From Giardia intestinalis (lineage: Eukaryota), in the NCBI GenBank assembly GCA_000002435.2, contig CM018793.1: a stretch of DNA of 64,000 nt; one strand, given 5' to 3'. Shown here one piece after another: positions 50,965-59,008 of this stretch (position 1 is the stretch's first letter; each line of letters begins with the position of its first letter). Under the pieces are notes generated by a model. The model had not been told where the DNA came from, ran no database searches, and saw only the letters and a program-made list of their open reading frames with translations. The translations under genes were made by a program, and so were the position numbers.

Positions 50965-53079
50965 ATGAGCTATGGGTTTATTATGGGACTTTGCATGGCC
51001 TGTACAATGCTCGGGGTCTCTATGAAGGTCAATGCAGTGGAAAAGATGATTGCAGAAGGCCCGTTGTCGCTATATGACGTCATCATATACAGGCCTAATA
51101 GTGGTCCGCTAATGCTCCTAGCCATCTATGTACTCCGAAGGCTGGGTCCCTACAGTCTGCTTCTTCATTTCCTTTGGCCGGTTACCCTTGATCTTGTCGT
51201 TGGAGCCTTGTATGAGCACACAGCAAAGAAGTTTTTTAGAGAGATGGCTCGGTTGCTTAACCGGTATCTCAAGGAGCCCGACAAGCAGCCCTATAAACGT
51301 AAGACTCTCTCCCTAGTAGTATCTTGCTTCACAGCTCCCGGGGTCTCTGTTTTGGTCTACATTCAGAGGAAGATGATGATCACGGAGCTTTTCCTTCTCA
51401 ATGTCTACTTCTACTTGCTGCAGGGCTCCCATGCTCCATACACGGCCTGCATCAGCACGGCCCTGGTAATGTTAGACTCTAATTACTTTCCGATAGCGGT
51501 GTTTACCTCCGTTTACTGCCTCTCATGGACGTTCCTTGTGCCACGAGCTTCTACGAGGCGCTACAGGAATTACATATTTAAGGTTGCTGGAAGACTTCTG
51601 CACATTGTTATTCTTCAACTGGTCCTTATTGCAGTGCTCATTGTCCCTTTTGCTCTGATGCATGATGATCCTGCAGAACTGTTAGGATTTATTGGTAGCA
51701 GGTTGCATGCCATGTTTGTTGTAAGACCAGAATCGGTGGCACATTCCGGAAACAATATGCACGACCCTCACTCCATACCCCTTCCTTCCTTCTGGGACAT
51801 TGTATGCTTCCTGAAGGCCATGACATCGGGCAGATTTGATGATCTAACAGATTACATAGAAGATAATAGTCTTTGGGTGTGGAGCGCAGTGACCGTCATA
51901 ATATTCGTTGGGATTAATCTTTCAATCATGTTCGCGTGGATGCGGCGACACGCAAGTGTAGAACCCATACATCAAGTCCTATTGTGTTTTAGTACACTAA
52001 TGAGTTTCGTTGTGTTTATCCCAGAGCGGAGTTTCACGATTATTTTGCCGGTGTTGACAGCAATATATTACATTTTATTGGATCTCATTTCCACAACCTC
52101 ACAAACGGCAACACAGAAGGGTCTGGAGCATGCTGTGGCAACGGAAAGGACGCATCTTGGTTTGCACCCTATTGCTACCCAGCGGGGGTTGATGAGACAA
52201 AGCAGGGTGACAGGAAGGTGCAGATGTACAGGGACAAGCACCAGCCTGAAGGACGTAGTCAACATTATTCCTACTAGCTTGGCATCTATCAGCGATACTC
52301 CATTTGCCTGTTTAAAGAACGAAAATTCAAGCTTTGACACTGGTACCAGCACCAACAACGATCCTCAAAAACAGCTTCATCAAAAGTGGTTGAAGAATTA
52401 TAACAATCTTCGCTACAAGCATCTTTCACAGAAGATTTTGGCAAATCGTAATCACATGATTACACACCCCTTCAATGACCTCTTCGTGACCAATGATCTG
52501 ATTCTCGGTAGCAACGTCTATAGAACTTTAAGCACAAGGGATAAGTGGAAGAGAGCAGATCAGACGTCGAAGAATAGAGCAGATGAAAGTCAATCAGCGC
52601 TCAAGTACATAAGGGACGAGAGAGCGGATAGTCTTTTCGGGAACGATGAGGCTCTATGCAGTTGTTTCTCTGGAACGCACCTGGCGTACTTCAACAAAAA
52701 CATCAGAAACGGAATAGACACGGCCGGGTCTCACTTCTTGGACTTTCTTGAAGAATACAGAGACAGGCTCTCTCACTTGCTTCCATTGATTCTCCAGATG
52801 CTTTTTGCCTTCTACAACATGTATTCATCCGTCCAGAACACGGGAATAGTGCGCAGGTATAGCCAAGTGTTTAACGTAGCGTCATTCCTTGCGCTTCGCA
52901 GGGCGTTCAAAGAGAACGAGAAAACCTTAATGTGGTCTCTGCCGTTCTTGTGCATTGATCTCTTTGGAGTGGAGTGGGTTCTGCTCAACAGAGGCGTCAA
53001 GATGATTCTGGCCCTCTTTATGATCATGTGCAACACGGCTCTTCTGGCATTTGTCGGCTTTAAGTTTCTGGAAATTTAA
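50965..53079 (+). CDS. Hypothetical multi-pass membrane protein (about 705 aa): N-terminal ~400 aa polytopic, C-terminal soluble region
   Basis: The track ORF begins at a GTG (50812) and overlaps the divergent gene. The first true ATG is at 50965 (MSYGFIMGLCMACTMLGV…). About 9-10 hydrophobic helices are followed by a polar C-terminal half. Confidence 0.6.
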   Translation: MSYGFIMGLCMACTMLGVSMKVNAVEKMIAEGPLSLYDVIIYRPNSGPLMLLAIYVLRRLGPYSLLLHFLWPVTLDLVVGALYEHTAKKFFREMARLLNRYLKEPDKQPYKRKTLSLVVSCFTAPGVSVLVYIQRKMMITELFLLNVYFYLLQGSHAPYTACISTALVMLDSNYFPIAVFTSVYCLSWTFLVPRASTRRYRNYIFKVAGRLLHIVILQLVLIAVLIVPFALMHDDPAELLGFIGSRLHAMFVVRPESVAHSGNNMHDPHSIPLPSFWDIVCFLKAMTSGRFDDLTDYIEDNSLWVWSAVTVIIFVGINLSIMFAWMRRHASVEPIHQVLLCFSTLMSFVVFIPERSFTIILPVLTAIYYILLDLISTTSQTATQKGLEHAVATERTHLGLHPIATQRGLMRQSRVTGRCRCTGTSTSLKDVVNIIPTSLASISDTPFACLKNENSSFDTGTSTNNDPQKQLHQKWLKNYNNLRYKHLSQKILANRNHMITHPFNDLFVTNDLILGSNVYRTLSTRDKWKRADQTSKNRADESQSALKYIRDERADSLFGNDEALCSCFSGTHLAYFNKNIRNGIDTAGSHFLDFLEEYRDRLSHLLPLILQMLFAFYNMYSSVQNTGIVRRYSQVFNVASFLALRRAFKENEKTLMWSLPFLCIDLFGVEWVLLNRGVKMILALFMIMCNTALLAFVGFKFLEI

Positions 53080-53126
53080 TAAAATTAAATTGAATTCTTG
53101 CAAGCGAAAAGCGGCTCAGGCGAGCT

Positions 53127-53411
53127 ATGGCCAAGAGGACTAAAAAGGTTGGTCTCACCGGGAAGTACGGCACTCGCTATGGGAGGGCTGCCCGCAAGCA
53201 GCTCCTCAAGATAGAGACCAGCCAGAAGGCGAAGTACACATGCCCTTTCTGCGCCAAGGACAAGGTGCGTAGGACGGCCTGCGGGATCTGGACCTGCAGG
53301 TCCTGCTCCAAGACGATGGCCGGCGGCGCGTACAGCCTCCACACAGAGCCTGCCAACGCAGCCAGGGCCACGATCCGCCGCCTCCGTCTGGCCCGTGAAG
53401 ACGCACAGTAA
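53127..53411 (+). CDS. RPL37A: 60S ribosomal protein L37a (eL43), C4 zinc ribbon
   Basis: [26 protein letters not shown]…[33 protein letters not shown] is a near-canonical eL43 sequence with the CPFC…CRSC zinc ribbon. Third codon positions are extremely GC-rich, typical of highly expressed genes. The stop is immediately followed by AGTAAAC. Confidence 0.9.
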   Translation: MAKRTKKVGLTGKYGTRYGRAARKQLLKIETSQKAKYTCPFCAKDKVRRTACGIWTCRSCSKTMAGGAYSLHTEPANAARATIRRLRLAREDAQ

Positions 53412-53418
53412 AGTAAAC
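53412..53418 (+). terminator. Giardia-type polyadenylation signal AGTAAAC (AGTRAAY) directly abutting the L37a stop codon
   Basis: The sequence …GCACAG-TAA-AGTAAAC-AG… is seen directly in the sequence. Confidence 0.6.
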
Positions 53419-53463
53419 AGAGTGGACCTGGCACTGCGGTTTGCAACTGTCTGCATAGCTCGT

Positions 53464-53829
53464 TTACTCGTCCTCGAGCCAGTTGCTGTCCCGGATGAAG
53501 GTCAACATCTCGAGCACAAGGGAGTCCGTACTGTGGATGCTTGCGTAGAGGAGGCGGTCCATGAGGGATGGAGGCTTCTCCACAAGAAGCACCTGAGACC
53601 GCCTGCCACGCTCGACCATCCTTTGGGTATACCCCTGCTTGAAGCGGTTTGTCTCTGGAGGACTCGTGTATGCCCCAGATTCTCGGAGGCGTCGTCGTGC
53701 ATCCTCGCGCTCCTGCTTGTTACGCGCCGTAGGATAGTTTCTTTTGCGCTCACTAGTCCATGTTTCACCTCCCTCTCGCTGCTGTGGGGTCAGGCGCCGC
53801 ACGGTCGCCGGTATGAGCTCGCTAGACAT
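53464..53829 (-). CDS. Hypothetical small basic protein (121 aa)
   Basis: True ATG preceded by CAAAATTAGTGGATTAA. Arg/Lys-rich N-terminal half, hydrophobic C-terminal third. The ATG directly follows, in frame, the TAA stop of the 53830..54033 ORF. Confidence 0.45.
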   Translation of the reverse strand: MSSELIPATVRRLTPQQREGGETWTSERKRNYPTARNKQEREDARRRLRESGAYTSPPETNRFKQGYTQRMVERGRRSQVLLVEKPPSLMDRLLYASIHSTDSLVLEMLTFIRDSNWLEDE

Positions 53830-54033
53830 TTAATCCACTAATTTTGCTGCGTGCTCAAGCCTCCTGTTATACAGTTCCATCAGGGTGTCGTACTCCGAGT
53901 CTGCAAAAGGGTCGGTGTCTGGCACTGCTTGCGGGGGCTGCATCTGTGCAGGCGCAGGTGGGGCAGGTATATATTTCTGGCATCCATCGACCATGTAACA
54001 CAGCGGCTCGAAGGAGGCAGTCGGCCGATCCAT
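53830..54033 (-). CDS. Possible small protein (67 aa), or the 5' part of the downstream ORF separated from it by one in-frame TAA
   Basis: True ATG with the initiator CATCTTTAATTTTCT-ATG, which is shared divergently with the plus-strand gene at 54045. Pro/Gln-rich, then an acidic helix (DTDPFADSEYDTLMELYNRRLEHAAKL). Weak call. Confidence 0.3.
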   Translation of the reverse strand: MDRPTASFEPLCYMVDGCQKYIPAPPAPAQMQPPQAVPDTDPFADSEYDTLMELYNRRLEHAAKLVD

Positions 54034-54044
54034 AGAAAATTAAA
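54034..54044. promoter_or_regulatory. 11-bp bidirectional AT-rich initiator AGAAAATTAAAG between divergent ATGs at 54033 (minus) and 54045 (plus)
   Basis: The local sequence is …CCGATCCAT-AGAAAATTAAAG-ATGCACGTT…. Confidence 0.5.
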
Positions 54045-54429
54045 GATGCACGTTGAGGTTAGGGTCGGACAACCCGTGCCCGCCAGCCTCCAGAGTGCTT
54101 TCGATATTCAGATACGGCCCGCCCCAAACCTGGGCCTGGCAGTAGAGCAGGCGGCCGAGATCCAAAGCTTCCTGGAGTCTGCTCTCCCGCCGTGCGTGGC
54201 CATGGAAGAGCTGCGAGGATTCCAGACGGCGATTACCGTCTACATTATGCTCGTAGACGACGCCTCTACGGATGCGTTCGCAAACCTCCTGGGAAGCGTG
54301 CTGCGCGCACTCGAGCGGGCAGGAGTCCCCGTCCTGGGCATCCCCGTCGCGCAGCCGCTCTGGGGGTCCTTCACAGCCCTGACGCTCCCCGGCACAGACC
54401 TAGTCGTCAGTGTCCAGCGCGGGAAGTGA
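54045..54429 (+). CDS. Small GC3-rich hypothetical protein (about 128 aa); weak resemblance to the L7Ae/L30e fold
   Basis: ATG preceded by AAAATTAAAG. Strongly GC3-biased, like L37a and ferredoxin, which suggests high expression. AITVYIMLVDDASTDAFANLLGSVLRALERAGVPVLGI loosely resembles an L7Ae core (this is unverified). The stop overlaps AGTGAAC. Confidence 0.45.
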
Positions 54430-54431
54430 AC
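54425..54431 (+). terminator. Polyadenylation signal AGTGAAC overlapping the TGA stop of the 54045..54429 gene
   Basis: The sequence …GGGA-AGTGAAC-TGCAGG… is seen directly. The TGA at 54427-54429 sits inside the motif. Confidence 0.55.
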
Positions 54432-54441
54432 TGCAGGGCTT

Positions 54442-54448
54442 GTTTACT
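54442..54448 (-). terminator. Polyadenylation signal AGTAAAC on the minus strand, about 10 nt downstream of the ferredoxin stop
   Basis: Plus-strand GTTTACT at 54442-54448 is the reverse complement of AGTAAAC. The ferredoxin stop is the reverse complement of TTA at 54458-54460. Confidence 0.55.
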
Positions 54449-54457
54449 GGGCGGGGC

Positions 54458-54637
54458 TTAGAGCTCGAGGGCTCCCTCCGGGCAGGCGGACACGCAGGCG
54501 CCGCACTCGACGCAGGCGTCGATGTTCGGGGTCAGGACCACCTTGGCGCCTTGGGGAAGCTCGAAGACAGAGACGGGGCACGCGTCGACGCAGGCGCCGG
54601 CGGCAGAGCACTTGGAGGCAGTGAGCTTGATGGGCAT
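54458..54637 (-). CDS. Small bacterial-type ferredoxin (about 59 aa) with two Fe-S cluster-binding motifs (one 3-Cys, one 4-Cys)
   Basis: MPIKLTASKCSAAGACVDACPVSVFELPQGAKVVLTPNIDACVECGACVSACPEGALEL. The first motif C-x5-C-x3-CP has 3 Cys (a possible [3Fe-4S] site). The second, C-x2-C-x2-C-x3-CP, is a complete [4Fe-4S] site. The track ORF (54458..54979) has a long non-conserved N-terminal extension; the internal ATG at 54637 is preceded by CGATTTTAAA. GC3-rich. Confidence 0.8.
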   Translation of the reverse strand: MPIKLTASKCSAAGACVDACPVSVFELPQGAKVVLTPNIDACVECGACVSACPEGALEL

Positions 54638-54805
54638 TTTAAAATCGCCATAAAAGTAAAAACTCCTTTTTGTGGCACCACAAATTTTAAGCACCCGGAC
54701 AGTTTGGCGATTTCGCAATATTGAGTGTATCGTGGGCCGGCTTTCATCATAGCCCATTAGGTACATAAAAACAGAGTTTTTACTTTTTGAACACGCTTTA
54801 TACTC

Positions 54806-55243
54806 ATGCGCGGAGTCCTCTCTGCTCTCCCCAGCACTTTCCACAGCCACTTTGTCCCACCATCCGTGGCACCGCTTCCTAGTGCTGGGCCTAAAAGTGC
54901 CTCGGAACCTTCTCTCCCCCTCGTTGGAGACCACCTGCATACTCTCGAACCATATGCACAGCAGCTCACAGCACAACAACAGAAGCGTCCTCGGTTCCGG
55001 CTGCTGGTGGCAAAGCTTCCCCGGGGAACGAGCCCTCTCCAGCTAACAACACCACTAGAGCAGGCCTTTCCATGTAGTGTGGATAATATTACACTACCCT
55101 CCAGTAAGCACGGAAAGCGCCCAAGGAATTTTGCCATAATCGACTTGCACTACAGAATCGATCTCTCTAAAGCTCAAGAGGTTTATAGACAGGCCAATCT
55201 AACCATTAAGATGAAGGCTGTGGACGTCAAGGAATCTGTGTAA
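54806..55243 (+). CDS. Possible small protein (145 aa); weak call
   Basis: ATG preceded by TTTTACTTTTTGAACACGCTTTATACTC. Its 3' end overlaps the convergent coiled-coil gene by 45 bp. Antisense ORFs cover the same span, so the coding strand is ambiguous. Confidence 0.3.
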   Translation: MRGVLSALPSTFHSHFVPPSVAPLPSAGPKSASEPSLPLVGDHLHTLEPYAQQLTAQQQKRPRFRLLVAKLPRGTSPLQLTTPLEQAFPCSVDNITLPSSKHGKRPRNFAIIDLHYRIDLSKAQEVYRQANLTIKMKAVDVKESV

Positions 55244-56794
55244 TTCCTTTAGCTTTTGATCAACGCTCATTAAGTCGGCGTCCCCAGCATAGCTCCCGAA
55301 GCTATAGTCATACGTTAGTGATTGTTCCAACAAGGCGTTGACCTTGTCCAGAATCTGCCCCTCCGGCTTATCTGTAGTGACTGTGGGGCTGCTCAGCACC
55401 AACCCCGGCTCATCTGTATGATAGCTATCCCCATTGTTCTCGTCATTGTCGTGCACGCGCAGGATTGCTGGGGTTTCTCTCACGTCAATCCCATCTTTCT
55501 CTCGTGCAGTGGCGTACATTGACTGCAATTCTGTGCTCATCACCTCTGGGATCTCGCTAGAGATGATCAAGTCGCAGATTTTCAATATCTTCTGCTCATC
55601 TGTGCAGCCATCGTTAGAGTTGATGACGTTCTTGGATATCTCGATAATCAGGTCTATCATTTTCTGACACTTGGGGGCCATGTCCTTCAACAGGGCTGTC
55701 ATGGAATCAATTTCATTTCCAAATTTAGCGTTCAAGCTTGCGTTTTCTGCCTCCAAAGCGCCGATTTTCTCTGCTTGCTCATCTACCTTAGACCTTTCTT
55801 CCAAGATCTGCCCATTGATCCATGTGAGCTCATCATTTAAGCGATTGATCTCTGCTTTTAATTTATCTCTTTCCTTATATAGGCCTATACACGTTTGACA
55901 GGTGGCGTCTAGAGTCTTGCTGCCCTCGCCAAAATCGGTGTTCAACACTATTCTTTCAACCAAGCTGCTGATGGTCTGGCTCTTGTCTAGCCCGACACCA
56001 TAGGACGGTGCCCCACTGCCACTGGCATCCAATTGCTCCACATCGAGCGCGCTTGATATGATATCCTGGTGGTCTGCTGGAACCGGCGTCAGCGGTGATG
56101 TTTGAATGCTCTTGTCACCGCCTTCTGTGCTCACGGGACCAGAATAGGCAGTCTTTGCTTTCAGAGAAAGAGATGCGGAGTCGTGCTCTTCCTTCCAACG
56201 AAGCAGTTCTTCATACTTGTCCCTCAGTTGGCCATGCTCGACAAGGAAGTCGTTCTGAACGGCTTGTAAACTATTATTCAACTGCACGGCGGTAGCATTC
56301 TCCTCCAGTAGCTTGTGAACCTTGTCCTCTAAGTGATCCTTTCTCTCGGTTAGTTGCCGGATTTCTGTTAAAAGAAGTTCATTGCTATTTTTCTGTCTGT
56401 GCATCTCCAGCAGCTGGGCTCTCAGATGCTTCACTTCCTCTTGCCTCTCTGCTAGCGCATCCCTTGCAATTTTAGTGGCATTAGTAATTTCAGTTATAAG
56501 TTGCTTGCACGTAGCGTTCTTGACGCGAAGCTGCTGATTTTCAATCTCAAGATTTGCTATTTGCTTTCTTTCCTTGCAGCCGTTTAGAATGGCAAATAAC
56601 ACACGTTCATCCACTTTCAAATCAGATGCTCGTGCCTTAAGGGCCATTTTCAGTCTGACAATGTACTCTTCTTGGAATTTAAGCTCTCTAGTCTGCTCAG
56701 CTGCAGCCTGCTGTACCTTGAGGAGGTCTGTCTTCAAGGACGAAATCTGTGCTTCTTTTGCCACGATGTCCTTGCGCAGTGCCTGGACGTCCAT
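55199..56794 (-). CDS. Long coiled-coil protein (531 aa), cytoskeleton-associated type
   Basis: Heptad-rich along nearly its entire length (…LKTDLLKVQQAAAEQTRELKFQEEYIVRLKMALKARASDLK…; …LRAQLLEMHRQKNSNELLLTEIRQLTERKDHLEDKVHKLLEE…). True ATG. Confidence 0.6.
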   Translation of the reverse strand: MDVQALRKDIVAKEAQISSLKTDLLKVQQAAAEQTRELKFQEEYIVRLKMALKARASDLKVDERVLFAILNGCKERKQIANLEIENQQLRVKNATCKQLITEITNATKIARDALAERQEEVKHLRAQLLEMHRQKNSNELLLTEIRQLTERKDHLEDKVHKLLEENATAVQLNNSLQAVQNDFLVEHGQLRDKYEELLRWKEEHDSASLSLKAKTAYSGPVSTEGGDKSIQTSPLTPVPADHQDIISSALDVEQLDASGSGAPSYGVGLDKSQTISSLVERIVLNTDFGEGSKTLDATCQTCIGLYKERDKLKAEINRLNDELTWINGQILEERSKVDEQAEKIGALEAENASLNAKFGNEIDSMTALLKDMAPKCQKMIDLIIEISKNVINSNDGCTDEQKILKICDLIISSEIPEVMSTELQSMYATAREKDGIDVRETPAILRVHDNDENNGDSYHTDEPGLVLSSPTVTTDKPEGQILDKVNALLEQSLTYDYSFGSYAGDADLMSVDQKLKELHRFLDVHSLHLNG

Positions 56795-56858
56795 TTTCTT
56801 GGTGAAGAAAGAGTAAAGCCGAGTTTTTTACTAGAGTGCAATCTTACTACAAAAGCAG

Positions 56859-57230
56859 CTAGACGAGTATGATGTCTGTAGGGTCATCTGGGCGCTTGCA
56901 TCGCTGCCAGAAGCCTATCACTGATGTTGTAAGCACGAAGGTAGTCGCAATTGCCCCCATGGCGGCAACTAGAGTGTCTCTGCTAAAAACAGGCCCTGTC
57001 CACTTCACATTTAGTAAGTCAGGCACTTGGTACACAGTGGCGAATGGGACATCTACACATTTCTTTTCATTTCCATACAAAGGCAGGCAGTACTGCGTGC
57101 GGGTTGGAATCACAAGAGGCACGAACGTGTCCCAACAATAGTGTTCACCAGTGTAGTCAACCACGGGCACTCCAGTCCCGCAGGATTCGCAGTTTACACA
57201 GGCAACCAAAAGGAGTAGGCAGCCAAACAT
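56859..57230 (-). CDS. Small Cys-rich type-I membrane protein (123 aa): signal peptide, 9-Cys ectodomain, one transmembrane helix and a short basic tail
   Basis: Signal peptide MFGCLLLLVACVNC…, Cys-rich core, transmembrane helix LVAAMGAIATTFVLTTSVIGFW, then the tail QRCKRPDDPTDIILV. True ATG. Confidence 0.35.
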   Translation of the reverse strand: MFGCLLLLVACVNCESCGTGVPVVDYTGEHYCWDTFVPLVIPTRTQYCLPLYGNEKKCVDVPFATVYQVPDLLNVKWTGPVFSRDTLVAAMGAIATTFVLTTSVIGFWQRCKRPDDPTDIILV

Positions 57231-57344
57231 TCTCGACGCTCAGAAGGTTCTAAAATGGCCCCAAAATGCTTTATTTAGCTCATCGGCTGAAACGGTAAAC
57301 AAGTGAAGCTAGTACACAAATACAGCTTACATGCCGAAGCGCCA

Positions 57345-58955
57345 CTAGAACTCAAAGTCGCCAAATTCATCCTCCTGTATATTTTCATAGTTAAACCCGG
57401 CAATTGGCTGAGTGTCGTTGCTAATGGTGACTCCGAGGCTTAGATCACCGTAGTTATCAAGAGTATAGTCGCCCTGCGAAGGCTGGGCTTGCTGCGCGGG
57501 CTTAGTGCGCTCCAGCACGATTCCAGAGACAAAGTCGCCACCGGCCATGAACTCCGAGTTGAGACTGGGATGTGGTCTCGTTGAGATTGCGTCATCCGTA
57601 GCAGCGTGGATGCTGCTGATGTCTTTAATATCGTTTAGCTCTGATGCGGCATTGGTTAAAATGCTTGTTGTTCCCTCTGGCATGCCAATCAGCCGTGCTG
57701 CCGCTTTCCCCGCCACCAGGGCCGAGTCCACAGCAGCGCTTTCTCCCATTGCACTGAGGTTGCTGTCGCCAGTCAAGATAGAGTCGGCACTCGGCCCAGG
57801 CTTCTGAACCATTGAACCAGGACCAAACCCAGAGTGAATCGTGCTATCTGCGGGTGTGATGGTGCTGTCGTACGCCTGCATATCTCGGCCTACTGCGTCC
57901 AGCAAGTTTAGTGTGGCTTGGCGGGTTGGTCCGCCCGTTGATTCGGTGATCGCGCTGCTTAACGACTCAGTATAGCCAGAGCCCGCCTTACTGAGGGTAT
58001 CGTCCTGCTGGAGTTTTGCTAACGACTTTATCCCTCTACTAGAAGAGCTGCCAGATGCAGATACATCGCTGTCCTCAACTAGAAGGGCGCTTTGAAGATA
58101 TGCATGACTGCTGTTGTCATACATACACGGATCAGGAACAACGAGCTCGGTCACAAGATGCTCGCTGTGTGCAGCTGACTCTGCATTCTCCTGCGCCTTC
58201 GTAGGAGACATAGTCAGATCTCTATTAAGCTTCCCCTGGATCTCAGCGGCTCTACGGGCATGCGCAGCTGTGTCGGGCGAAAGCATGGAATTTCGCGCCA
58301 AACTTCTATCTGCATATTTGAACGAGAAGTCAGTCATCCTGCTGGGGCTTTGCCTACTGCTTGAGGTTTCGTCTGGACCAAGGGAAACCCCCGGGGCCAT
58401 GCTGGCGTTCGAGATGGTGAGATTGGCTTCCTGAGACTGATCATCTCCAAATGGATTATCTTGCTTGAGAGTGAACGCAGACCCCTTTACCGGCTGAGTC
58501 GGGATAATTTTCTCACAGTCATCGTGGCGCCTAGGTGAGGCGGTGTTTCGGGCGGGGCTCGTGTACTCAGAAATAGGCTCCATGCTCATATCGGAGAATG
58601 CAGCACCAATATCGGAATGGCCTGGAGAGTGCGTGCCGGGAGAAGACATAAATTCATAACTGTCCACCTCTGGCAAATCACTAAACGGTCTTCCAGATTC
58701 TAATTCAAGGACCTTCAAGGTGTTCACCATTCCTTTGTCTGTGAGCCACTTCACCAGATATGCAAGGACCTTGAGATCCTCGTCACAAATAAAGTTCGCT
58801 GCCTGTAGCAGGGGATCTACCTCGTTCAGTTCCCGGTGATGAAGGATGCCCCAAACCTGTGCGTACATGAAGGCCTTAACCTTAGCTAGCACCCCAGCAG
58901 TGTCTAGCGCTGCAAAAACGCCGCGCTTAAGATCCGGGGACTCATCAAGACTCAT
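57345..58955 (-). CDS. FOP (FGFR1OP/CEP43)-like centrosomal/basal-body protein: N-terminal FOP-dimerisation/LisH-like domain, Ser-rich middle, acidic C-terminus
   Basis: DLKRGVFAALDTAGVLAKVKAFMYAQVWGIL matches the FOP N-terminal motif (…L…L…GVL.R.KAELRAAVF.AL), followed by a LisH-like KVLAYLVKWLTDKGMVNTLKVLELE. The C-terminus is acidic (…YENIQEDEFGDFEF). The track ORF starts at 59084 (a true ATG, but overlapping the neighbouring gene). I prefer the internal ATG at 58955, preceded by CAAAAAGCCA, which places the FOP domain at the N-terminus. Confidence 0.5.
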   Translation of the reverse strand: MSLDESPDLKRGVFAALDTAGVLAKVKAFMYAQVWGILHHRELNEVDPLLQAANFICDEDLKVLAYLVKWLTDKGMVNTLKVLELESGRPFSDLPEVDSYEFMSSPGTHSPGHSDIGAAFSDMSMEPISEYTSPARNTASPRRHDDCEKIIPTQPVKGSAFTLKQDNPFGDDQSQEANLTISNASMAPGVSLGPDETSSSRQSPSRMTDFSFKYADRSLARNSMLSPDTAAHARRAAEIQGKLNRDLTMSPTKAQENAESAAHSEHLVTELVVPDPCMYDNSSHAYLQSALLVEDSDVSASGSSSSRGIKSLAKLQQDDTLSKAGSGYTESLSSAITESTGGPTRQATLNLLDAVGRDMQAYDSTITPADSTIHSGFGPGSMVQKPGPSADSILTGDSNLSAMGESAAVDSALVAGKAAARLIGMPEGTTSILTNAASELNDIKDISSIHAATDDAISTRPHPSLNSEFMAGGDFVSGIVLERTKPAQQAQPSQGDYTLDNYGDLSLGVTISNDTQPIAGFNYENIQEDEFGDFEF

Positions 58956-59008
58956 TGGCTTTTTGGTCCTTGGGTTTTTGATTTCTTCAGGTTCTTCGGT
59001 TCCTTCGC

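Noticed and set aside
54638-54979. 114-aa N-terminal extension of the ferredoxin ORF in the track
   Set aside because: The extension is not ferredoxin-like, and an internal ATG with a CGATTTTAAA initiator sits exactly at the start of the conserved 59-aa ferredoxin. The extension is just upstream open frame.
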